Part shown: piece after piece, positions 53,073-64,000 of the stretch
Layout: each line of letters opens with the position of its first letter
Numbering within the stretch: the first letter of the stretch is position 1
Source of the DNA: Camelus ferus
Taxonomy: Eukaryota
Assembly: GCF_009834535.1 (NCBI RefSeq)
Contig: NC_045696.1
Coordinates: 74,464,001 to 74,528,000 of the forward strand
Direction of reading: 5' to 3'
Length of the DNA stretch: 64,000 bases
The notes under the pieces: generated by a model
What the model was told of the DNA's origin: nothing
Database searches by the model: none
Seen by the model: the letters and a program-made list of their open reading frames with translations, nothing else
Program-made: the position numbers and the translations under genes

Positions 53073-54820
53073 TTCTTTTTTTATTGAAGTATAGTTGATT
53101 TAAAATATTGCGTTAGTTTTGAGTGTACAACAAAGTGATTCAGTTATACATATATACTATATTCTTTTTTTGATTATTTTCCATTATAGTTTATTACAGG
53201 ATATCGAATATAGTTCCCTGTGCTAAACAGTAAATCCTTGTTGGTTTATCTATTTTATATATAGTAGTGTGTATCAGCTAATCCCATAGTCCCAATTTAT
53301 CCCTCCCCTCTTTCTCCATTGGTAACCTTAAGTTTGTTTTCTATGTCTGAGTCTGTTTCTGTTTTGTAAGTAACTTCATTTTTACTGGTTTTTAGATTAT
53401 ATATATAAGTGGTATCATATAATATTTGTCTTTCTCTGACTTCGCTTAGTATGATCATCTCTGGATCCATCCATATTGCTGCAAATGGCATATTTTTTAC
53501 AGCTATGTAATATTTCATTGCATATATATACCACATCTTTATCCATTCATCTGTCAATAGACACTTCAGTTGCTTCCATGTTTTGGCTATTAGAAGTAGT
53601 GCTGCTATGAACATTGGGGTGCAAGTATTTTTTCAAATTAGAATTTTCATCTTTTATGGATATATGCCTGGGACTGAGGTTGCTGGATAATATGGTAACT
53701 CTATTTTTATTTTTTTAAGAAACTTCCGTACTGTTCTCCACTGGCTGTGCCAATTTACATTTCCACCAACAGTCTGAAGGTTCCCTTTTCTCCACACCTT
53801 CTAGAGCATTTGTTATTTGTACACTTTTTGACAATGGTCATTCTGAACTTCTGTCATTGTAGTTTTGATTTGCATTTCTCTAATAATTAGCCATGTTGAG
53901 CATCTTTTCATGTACCTTCTGGCCATCTGTATGTCTTCTTTGGATAAATGACTATTTAGGTCTTCTGCCTATTTTTTGATTGGGTGTTTTTTTTGTTATT
54001 AAGTTGTATGAGCTGTTTGGATATTTTGGAAATTAAGCCCTTGTTGGTCACATTGTTTGCAAATATTTTCTCCCAGTTCATAGGTTGCCTTTTTGTTTAT
54101 GGTTTCCTTTGCTGTGCAAAAGCTTGTAAGTTTGATTAGGTCTCATTTGTTTATTTTTGCTTTTATTTCTATTTTCTTGGGAGGCTGACCTAAGAAAACA
54201 TTGCTACGATTTATATCAGAGAATGTTTTGCCTATGTTCTCTTCTAGGAAGCTTATGGCGTTATGTCTTATGTTTAAGTGTTTAAGCCATTTTGAATTTA
54301 TTTCTGTGTAAGGTGTGAGGGAGTGTTCTAACTTCACTGATTTACATGCAGCTGTCCAGCTTTCCCAACACCACTTGCTGAACTGTCTTTTCCCAATTAT
54401 ATATTCTTGCCTCCTTTGTTAAAGATTAATTAACCATAGGTGTGTGGGTTTATTTCTGAGGTCTTTATTTCTGTTCATTGATCTATATGTCTGTTTTTGT
54501 ACCAATACCATGCTGTTTTGATTACTATATCTATGTAGAATTTTCTGAAGTCTAGGAGGGTTGTGCCTCCAGCTTTGTTCATTTCCCTCAAGATTGTTTT
54601 GGTAATTCTGGGTCTTTTGCAGTCTCATGTAAATTTTAGGGTTATTTGTTCTAGTGCTGTGAAAAATGTCATGAGTAATTTCATAAGGATTGCATTAAAT
54701 CTGTAGATTGCTTTGGATGGTATGGCCATTTTAACTGTATTCATTCTTCCAATCCAAAAGCATGGGATATCTTTCCCATTCTTGATTTTCTTTATCAATG
54801 TTTTTTATAGTTCCCAGGAT
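53073..54820 (-). mobile_element. L1 element, 3' 1.75 kb (decayed ORF2 C-terminus plus 3'UTR)
   Basis: ORF-track fragments [24 protein letters not shown] and MFIAALLLIAKTWKQLKCLLTDEWIK are L1 ORF2p. Poly(T) end and putative TSD atcagattt at 53064-53072 and 54821-54829. Confidence 0.96.
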
Positions 54821-56539
54821 ATCAGATTTCTTTATGTAATATATTGATTTTAATTTGTATTAAAATGACTTGATATTCATTGAAACACACATCAACCTCT
54901 GACAAAGGCAGCTGTATTTAATGGGCCAAGAGGGTTGGAGGCATGGAGAGAGAGTAAGTAAAAGGTAGAGAGGTATTAAAAACATAGCTAGAAATTATCA
55001 ATATCATACATGAGCCATATACAAATAATTGGAGAAAATTTTGATTTCCCGTAAAAAAAAACAAAACAAAACTGAATGGCATGGTGAAATCTGAGGATAA
55101 AAAGCTTCCAGGGATATTCCATCCTAGTTTACCTTGTATCCAAAGAGTAAAAATGAATAAATAAACAACCTCAACTCAAGCCCCCAAATCAGAATATTAT
55201 GGTTATTAAACACTATTTGCTGCCTGTGTCGAAAAGCTTGGGTAAGCGTAGAAAAGGGATGAGCAGTCAAATAATCCATGTCTGTGTCCTGCGTGGCTCT
55301 GGAGTGAAAACGCAGACGTACACAAGATTCACTACCTGATCTGAATACAGAAGGGAGGTACGGAGATCACTCTGCTTTTAAACCTAAATGTGAAAAAATT
55401 TTGCATTTTCAAAGAGGAGGTAAAATCAGTCTGAGTGTGTTTCCCCTAATTTAAACTCAGATGTGTTTGTGTGATGGTAACAGTGTTTATTGAAGCCACA
55501 GCTGTAAAGAATACAGTTGAGGAAGCTACATTTAAAGTTAGCCACTTCCTTGTCTAAATAAATAATTTCTTATGACTCATTTGGTATTCTGAATAGAGTC
55601 TTCTTTTCCAAAATAAGCTGACTTTTGATAGTAAAGCCTTTATTCTCTACCTGTGGTGAACAGATGTTGAATTGTGAGCATCACATTTATGAGTTGCCTC
55701 ATAAATTAGGTTTTAGTTTTAACTGGCCAGGTGCCAATAATACAATATAGTCTTCAAAATTGGAATTATGTCTTGTGTTTAGTGAAGTTTGATTTTATGG
55801 ACCTGTCAAGTCACAGTGATCAGTTGGATCAATGATAAAGATTTATCCTGTTCAAAATAATAGCTTTGCACTGTTCAGGTTGCCTGAGATGGGTGAGAAC
55901 ACACATGCACACAAATACACACAGCCCACTGTAAATTCAGGTGAGGTCCTGACTTATTCCAGCAAGGACCACAAGCATAATGGAAGTGAAGTGACTACAT
56001 GCGTGGGGCAGATGCAGCTTCTCAGTCTGACTTCCCCTAGCATCCCTAGTATGGGTGCATGGCTGTTGGTGACACTAAATCTATATGGGCTTGTGTCTTT
56101 ACTCAGGAAGAACTTACATAGTCCATCCTGAAACCATTTGGTTCTCAGGCTAAATGCAAGTGTCTGGAGAGATGGGGCCTCAGGCTGTGTGTCCATCAAG
56201 AAGGGGGAGAAAACAGCAGAGATGTGCCCCAGCCTCACCCAACACCATCAGTACCTCTAGCTCCCTCGATTTCCAGAAAGCCCACTGCCACGCTCTTAGG
56301 GGTGATCCTAAATTTTGCAAAAATTTAAAAGTACACATGGACTTTGAGAAAAGAGTAGAAGGAAATGCAAAGTATCAGCAGTAATTCATAACTTATCTCT
56401 GAATAGTGAGATGGAGAGATTATTAATTTTCATTGGTAATTTCAATGGTTTTTTAAAACTCCATAATGGTAATGTATTGATTTCATAAACATAAAATAAG
56501 TTTTTTTTTCTTCTCTTAAAACATACCCTATGTATCAGA

Positions 56540-56835
56540 TCAGGGTCAGGAGACTTGAGCTCTGTTTCTCCTGGGCCACTTGCTGCCTTGGCAGGCTTGA
56601 AAACATCCCGTTTCCCCTCTGGGCCTCGATTTCTTCACCTGTGACCTAAGACCATTAATTGGATCCACAGGACCCTAACTAGGCTGCCCACTGGAAATAC
56701 CTGGGGGGCTTCCAAAAATCCTGATGCCTGTCCCACTCCAAGAGACCATGACTGCATTTGCCCTGGCTGTGGCCTGGGTTTGGGAATTTTGAAAAGATCC
56801 CCAGGTGATTCAGTGTGAAGACAATTTTGGGGAAC
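56540..56835. mobile_element. MIR fragment followed by a MER5-like MITE
   Basis: cctctgggcctcgatttcttcacctgt; then cactggaaatacctggggggcttccaaaaatcctgatgcct..ccccaggtgattc. Confidence 0.65.
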
Positions 56836-58659
56836 CTCTGGATTCGATGATTTCTAAGGCTGTCTTCTGCTGTGACGGTCTGTGAGTCTGTGATTCTCCA
56901 CATTTGCCTAGGGCCATCCCTGAGTATCAGTTCTATTTTTAGCAATTGCTAGGAAATAATTCCAAAACTTTCCTAGGTGACCCATTTCAATGTCTTGCAA
57001 TCATTTCAATCAGAATATACTTTCTTTATGTCTAATCTAAATTCCTGCTGCAGCAATTTAAGGCACAGTGGGCAAAGAGAACATGTGGTTCTGATTGAAT
57101 TTGTTGCTGAGCTCCTTGCGTGAACTTACCGCACAGGCTTCGGTCATTTTTCACTCCTAACTAACTTCTCTACTTACCAGATCTTTACCTAGCAAGTTCC
57201 TTGTCAAGGTTCTAATTGCGAAGGAGAAATGCAAGTTTACTTTTTGCTCTATCGCCCAGAGTATATTTTCCAGTTTCTGCCAAAATCATTCCTAGTTCTG
57301 TGTTCCTGTGACATTCTTAGGGACAGTATGTTTTCAACCTTTATTTTTCTTAACCTAAGAATAATAATTTCAAAGAGAAGATATCACTAGGATTGCAGCG
57401 TATCTCTAATAGGTAAGCAGTCATCTTCTCTACTTACTAAATACATATTTCAGTTTTTTCCTATTTCTGTCTGTCATTTATCATCTTAATTGGCCACTGA
57501 ATTAAATAACTTATAATATTTTTTACATTTTATTTATATATATTTCATTATTGGTTGAATATTCCTTTCATGTTTTTATTATATTCTTCCTCCTCCCCAG
57601 ATTTTCTCTACCATTCTTCAGTGTTTTTCTTTCCTTTATTAGTATACTTATTGAAGTTAACAGATTTCAGCAAAAATAATTACAAGGGACGTATCGCACA
57701 TAATTTTGGACAGATGCTCAAGGTTCAACTAAAATGATTGAAAATACTGTGCCACTTACAAAATAATTCTTTCCTGTGCTGAAAAAATATGGTCTGATGC
57801 TCTCTACAATTGTGCCAGAATTCAAAAAGGGTGAATGACGTGAACATAGGCTCTCTTTTAAAATTCTTCTTAAATAGGTCCCCATTTTAGCTCTGAACAC
57901 TAGCTCTAAAGCCAACTTTGTTCTTTGTACATTTATGACAGTTTGATGTGAGCCCTTCTTATGTCTTGCTCTGCCCCATCCATTTGCAAATGAAAATAGA
58001 AACAGTTGCCTGTCCTGGTTACAGAATTCTGGGTACAGGGTCCTGATGAAATCTGAACTACACTGAAGGAATTGGCCCCACATCACAGCTGTGTCACATC
58101 TGGGTTTTAGCAGAAAGAATGCAGCCACTTTGAGAAGTTGATGGTGCATGTGTAATACCGCCTCATTGTTAAACATGAGATTGATTGAGCAGCACTGTGA
58201 TCCAGTAAAATCACTGCAATTCATCGGGCTTCTTCACGATTTTTATAGGATCTTTGAAATATTTTCAAAAGAACAGGAGCTTTTTCCATAAATCCACTGA
58301 ATGATGCTGACGCTAAGGAACCTTTATGATATGGCTTGAACCATACTGTATGCTTTTTATCTCTTCTACACCATTGATGTCTAAGTTGTTTACGTGGTGA
58401 AATGGTGATGTTTCTAAAGCCTTGTCAAAGGAGGTTTCTCTCGTGTAAGATATGGATGAGCTGTGCACAGAACAGAAGGCATCTTCTGTTTCAGTTGAAT
58501 AAGCACAAGTAGAGAGCTCTGAACATGTTGTGCCACTGTGTTCTCTGGGCCTGGGAAACTAACCAGGCACCTGCTCGTGGCATTTGGGGGTGAAACATAA
58601 GCTAGGGAGAATGTAAAGTCATCTAGGAAGTTGAATTGATGCTCACAAATTGAATAGTG

Positions 58660-59040
58660 CCTTCATTTATTTGTTTAAAAAAGCATTACACTTGTTAAGT
58701 GACTATTCTTTTCCAACTCTACATTAGGCACTGGAAATCCCAAAATGAGAGAGAGCAATCCTTGCCTTCAGTGTACTCAAAATCTGGTGGAAGATAATTA
58801 AAAATCCTAAAACAGGGACAGAGGAGGTTTCCCAAGAGCAGGCATCACACTCAGAGTTAAAAGAGGGAGTGGGAGCAGAGGGAGAAGGCATTCAAAGCAG
58901 AGGAAAGAAAACATGCAAATGCACAGAGGCACAGATGAGTGTCTGGCACATGGAGGTCCTGCAGGGGTCATGGGGTAAGGTTAGAATGCAGGGTGGGGAC
59001 GGAGGAGCAGTGGGAGATGAGAGCAAGAGCCAGGCAAAGG
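58660..59040 (-). mobile_element. L2 fragment
   Basis: ttcatttatttgtttaa..taggcactgg..ccttgccttcag..gaaggcattcaaagcagagg..catgcaaatgcacagaggca. Confidence 0.7.
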
Positions 59041-59249
59041 AGGCAGCAGCCAGATCTATCATGCTTTCCTCCAGCAGGTTTGTGTGGACCATGTACTGTG
59101 TGCCAAGCAGTGTGTTGTGCTGGATACTGGTTTTCTCCCACCTCACAGGCCATTCCTCCCCAGTCTCCTTTGCTGGCTCGTCCACTTGTGTGCGTCTACA
59201 CTAGTCCCAGGACACAGACCTTGCTCCTCCTCGTCTCCATCTCCATCTT

Positions 59250-60205
59250 CTCCTTAACCATCTCTTTCAGTCCTGTGGATTTAAACACCAACTCTACCCC
59301 AATGGCTCTTAGTCCCCAGAGATCCCAAAGCAAATATTCAATTACCTACTGATTCTGCCACTTGGGTTCTAGGATTCACTGTATATGTAACATGTCAAAA
59401 AAACAAACTCTTAAATCTCACATTCCAAACCTGTTCCTACCCCAGTTCAATAACAGAACCTTGATCTGCTCATACCCAAATCCTAGAAGACACTCTTCCT
59501 TCCCCTGCAGCCTCACAGCCAATCCAGTAGGGAGGACCTGTTGGAATAATGACCCAACTAAAGGATTCCAACCACATCTATTATCTACCCTACTTACACC
59601 TTCCTCCACACCAGCAGTATCCCTGGCAGTATCCACTGCCACAGCCTCCTCCCTTGTCTCCCGGCTTCCAATCTTGCTCCCCTGAAGAACTCCAAGTTCT
59701 CTTCTCAGAGCGTACATCAGATCCTATTACTTCCCTGCTGATAGTGGCAGGTGAAATCTGCCAATAGTTTCCCATCACAAATAAAATGAGATCCAGAGTC
59801 CTTACTTATGGTCCACAGGACATGCTCTGGCCCCTGCTATCATTCCGTGTTGTCCCTTCTCCCCACCCAATGGGACATTCCAGCCACACTGGCTTTTCTG
59901 TCCCTTTGTCCCTCCAAACTCATGCGCATCTCCATATTCTCTGCCCGCAGTGCTTTCACTTACACATCAGTGCCTTTAAGGGGTCTTCCTTGATCACTAA
60001 AAGAAGTCTTCCGTAATTGTCCTATATAATTATTTCTTAAAGTGCTGTAATTATCTGAACTTATATTACTCATTTATCTGTATTTTTTATTACCATATCC
60101 TTCTGCTCAACTGGAAACTCCATGAAAGGGTGGACTTTATCGTGTTTACTGTTGTGTCTCCACTCCCCAGAATGGCACACAAACTGCGCTCAGTACAAAT
60201 GAAGG
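59250..60205 (+). mobile_element. L2 LINE, decayed
   Basis: aacatgtcaaaa..aaatccta..tcagatcctattacttccctgct..cagccacactggctt..aaactccatgaaaggg. Confidence 0.75.
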
Positions 60206-61064
60206 AAAAGTACAGAATTTATGTGAGTTTAGATGGCATTGAAAAGTAGAATTCAAGCTTCTTTTGAATGTACCCAAAGAGTTCTATTTATTCTTTTCAG
60301 TATAAGGCATTAGCACAATAGCATGACTTAATAGTCTAGCCCTCATTTGGACATTCCTGCCCTATTTTATTTGGGAAAACTTGACCAAGTAGCGATGTTT
60401 ATGACTTTGTAACAGCTAGACTGAGGGATGTGTCCCACTTACATTTTTAATGTAAAAAACGTGATGTTGAATTACAGTATATTCAAAGAAAAAACGATAC
60501 AAAACCCTAGGAACAATTAAGTCTTAACTCAAAAACCACTAATTTATGTCAACTGCTTTTTAAGCTATACCTGATTTTGTAAACAACTTTGAATAATCTT
60601 CTTGAAACTGGAATTTTTCCTGAATCTTATTTAGAGTCAGATCCTTCTGTTTCCTTATCTCAAGTCCAAAGGGAAGAAAAATCAGAATCATTACATCACA
60701 ATCTATCACCTGCCTGGATGAATCCCTACCTCTTACACCAGAAAGAGTAGATTTTTCTCTTCTCAAATGAGAAAGCATCTTCCTTCAACAAGATTATCAG
60801 AGTCTAGATTTGCTGATTAGTTTTGAGACTATGGTTTCCATAACAACCAATACGTTTAACAGCCTGTGTTGAAAATTTTTTTCTCCTTAAAAGCCTGTCA
60901 CTAGAGAGCAAACTACATCAGAACACTGAGGGGGGATAATGGTTTATATATATATATATGGCATTTTCTTCTTGGTAAAATGAATCAATGCATAGGTTAA
61001 ATTATTTATTTTTCAAATCTCTTATTTTGAGATACATTTATTTGCTGTTACCCTACCATGCTCT

Positions 61065-61265
61065 CACATTGTTAAGCATCTGTTATTTGTCAAGCCTGCA
61101 CTTAGTTTTGCACATATGCTATCACATTTAATTCTCAAAATAATCTTAAGAGTTAAATAGTAGTAACCCATTTGTAGATGGAGAAATTACCCAAAGGTGC
61201 ATAGTAATACATTAGTAAGTAGGAACAGTCAGAATTCAAACTCAAGCCTTGCAATCCAAGGACAA
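61065..61265 (-). mobile_element. MIR SINE
   Basis: catttaattctca..cccatttgtagatggagaaa..cccaaaggtgcatag..gaattcaaactcaag. Confidence 0.7.
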
Positions 61266-61799
61266 TGACTAAAAAGTACATAATACTGCCTTTCTCCAGA
61301 GATTTTAAGTAGAATTTCCGAAGCCTAATAACATTAGTGGATCTAAAATTTAAATCTCTTGATTCCCAGTGAAACTTACACAACTCATCAGAAGTAAATG
61401 AATTTATACCTTCAAGATAAGGGACTGTTAACACTTCTTTAAGAAAAGCTGCCATAAAAGATCTGCATTATTCTTTAATAAACTTGAAGTTGGCTTCATG
61501 TGTTTTAATGATGTATCAATATATAGAGGCAACCCTGGTACATCCAAATTAAATGTGATTTAAGGGAAATTTAATTTTCTGAATTTTATTTCTCTGATTT
61601 TAACCTGCTCTTAACTCCTCTGTCTCAGTTTTCATTGACATAATCGAAGAAACAAAACACAGATGGAAAAAATCTTAATCAGTACTGAATGATAGGAATG
61701 GATACCACTAAAATGCCAAAAAGTATGAAGAATTTCTAAGAATATTCTAAGATTACTTCTGAAATAAAACGCATGTAATATCTTTATTAACAATCAAGG

Positions 61800-64000
61800 T
61801 CTAAAACTTGATTTTTCAGCAAATACTGGGAGGCTAAAGTACAAGTTGAAAGGAGTAAAAAGGATAAATAATCGCTCATGTTAAATGAAGGAATTCAATA
61901 TTACATTGGTTATTGATATAGTAGAGAAGTAAAAGGTCAAAATTGTTTTTAATTGAACTGTAACTACTAATACAGTAAAAGTTAATGTAACACTTTCAAT
62001 TTAATAAAGGACAAAACAGGAGAAAGTATGGCAGTATGGCAGGTGATGGGGGAAAGAGCCAAAGTCAGTTCTCTTATCTCAGTTTCCACAATAAATATGA
62101 ATTAGTTAAATTCTTCTGTTAGAAAACAAAGATACTCTTACAATTTCAAATATAAATTACAATTATGTTTTTTAAAAGAAATTCATCCAAACAAAATTAT
62201 ACAGAAAGCATAATTACACAGAAAATTAGTAATAATGAGATGGGCAAAGCTATACTAGACACAATACTAGATAAAGTAGAATTCAAACCAAAAAGGAGTA
62301 AATGGAATATGGACAGTTTACACTGATTACAAGTAAATTTTATATTGAAGATATAAGAACTATGAATTTTTATGCATTGAATATATAACCAAACATAGAA
62401 AATAAAAAGTTAAAAGTCCAAAGAAAGGTCTACAGTATGGTAGACCAGGTATCCTTCAGTCTTCTACTGTAAATATTAATATTCAAACACAAATATTGAA
62501 CATCTTTTTAAGTGTGTGAATTAGCATTAAACAGCGTAAGAGAAGTTCCCAGAGGCCAAAAATGTGAAGTAGGAACATAAATTCAGAATAAAAACTAACA
62601 CTAGCAGCTACCTTAAATTATCTGTTAATGCCATTTACTTGCAGCTAAGGATTTTAACAGTCACATAGTTGATAATAAACAAAGTCTCAGACCTAAAAAA
62701 AGTGGAGAGTTAAGTTTTTTAAAATCCAGGGTACTTGAAAGCCCACACTTTAAAGAAGGATAAATTGGGGGAGGGGGGAGTGTGTATTAATTACTGATAA
62801 TAGATAAGGATACAGTAACAGAGCAGAAGCTTTGAGGAACTCTAAAAAAAATATATAGAATTGGTTAGGGGAGTTCCCCTAAGAGAATGTGGAACAATGA
62901 GCAGTCTTCAGGCAAATTAGGCTATAATTCATACGTGCATGGTCCTAAAAGTATTAAGCCAAGAATTCAATTTAAAGCAGCCCCTCATATTGGTGCCTCC
63001 AGCCATTTGCCCAATATGCATACATACACAAACACACATACATACACACAAACACATACATAAACACATACACACGTGTGTACATTAAACCACACATATG
63101 GCACATAACATATGCACATATATGATACACATACATAAATATACATGTACATAAACACATACACATTCTCTGTAAAGGAATGCTTCTCAAGCCAAGCTTT
63201 AGGAAATTTTCACAGATAAATTTCCTAAAATACTTTAAGTTAAAAATTGGATATCTCACACACTCAAGAAGGGAAACAGTGAGAGTCAGAAAAACAAAAG
63301 ATCATACCTCAAAGACTTGAGAATTATCAGATATAGAATGTAAAAGAGTAATGTTTCATAAAAGAGGGAATTGAAAAATATCATTAAAAGACAAATGATT
63401 GTCAATAGTAACTGGGAAAATTTGAAAAAAATAGAACTTTAAGAAAAAATATAATGATTGCAATTAGTGTCTAAATTTTTGTGTTTTTCAGGTGGATAAA
63501 TATATGTATTAACTTTAGACTAATGAAATATGCATGTTAAATTTTTAAGGGTAATCACAAAAATGACAGAAATAGAATGTATGACTTAACAATCTATTGA
63601 AGGAGAAAAAATAGAAGTAAGGAATTTTTTTAAATGTAGTCATTCCAAAAGATAGTAGAAAAGGAGAAAAATACTTTAGAAAGGTAGACCAAATAGAACA
63701 AAATAAGATGGAGAAATCTATCCACATACATCAGTTATTGTGTAAATTATCCCATCTCTCCAATTAAATGACAAAGATTAGCTGACTAGATTTAAAATAA
63801 AACTAATTCTAGACTGTTTATAAAAGACACACCAGAAACATTAGGACATGAAAAGTCTGAAAGAAAAATCATGGAAAATATATACCAAGTAAACTAACCA
63901 AAGAAAGCTGACATAGCTATTAGCATCAGAAAAAAAACTTTAAGGCAAAAGCAATACTAAAGGCAACAAAGATTTCTAATATAAAAGGCTCAGTTCACAG
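61800..64000 (+). mobile_element. Old, fragmented or nested L1M region including two decayed ORF2 endonuclease-start segments (about 62060-62420 and 63730-64000)
   Basis: A-rich strand bias; ctccaattaaatgacaaagatt..atggaaaatatataccaag..aagaaagctgacatagctatt, and atgggcaaagctatactag..ataaagtagaattcaaaccaaaa..gaagatataagaactatgaat. Confidence 0.7.
63017..63165. repeat. Degenerate (CA/TA)n low-complexity tract
   Basis: Direct reading. Confidence 0.9.

Noticed and set aside
53297..54628. L1 ORF2-like peptides as a host gene or active element
   Set aside because: Fragmented by stops and frameshifts and 5'-truncated, so a dead L1.
57718..58224. Longest ORF in the track (168 aa, - strand)
   Set aside because: No recognisable protein similarity or exon structure; consistent with a chance intronic ORF.
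58869..60016. Cluster of overlapping ORFs on both strands
   Set aside because: L2-derived GC-richer sequence with few stop codons.
44412..64000. Next PEX5L exon (SDTEFWDKMQAEW...) and TPR exons
   Set aside because: Not found by reading; presumably downstream of the window.

Overview
AT-rich mammalian genomic DNA, most likely camelid because it carries tRNA-derived Vic-1-type SINEs. The window lies inside the + strand gene PEX5L (TRIP8b, the HCN-channel auxiliary subunit). I read seven GT-AG exons by hand, numbered as in rodent TRIP8b: alternative exon 3b (10699-10764), exon 4 (13069-13173), 5 (22551-22662), 6 (30442-30637), 7 (33618-33741), 8 (35193-35289) and 9 (44316-44411). The first exons and the TPR-encoding exons lie outside the window. 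The rest is intron with MIR, L2, L1, MaLR/ERVL LTRs, hAT MITEs and microsatellites; repeat boundaries and subfamily names are approximate and assigned from remembered consensus sequences. Main observations: (1) exon 6 has one extra base, giving a frameshift and a TGA at 30555, which is either a loss-of-function allele or an assembly error; (2) a candidate alternative first coding exon at 29345-29453 (MEERRDVSKNPSTPYQEEKPDIKEEEEELFVDGAGK) joins exon 6 in the correct phase; (3) a candidate cassette exon at 15132-15244 has an adjacent hairpin; (4) E-box, branch-point and GCAUG motifs cluster around exon 3; (5) three L1 insertions show target-site duplications, one right next to the exon 7 donor. 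I found no prokaryotic, CRISPR or standalone novel system.
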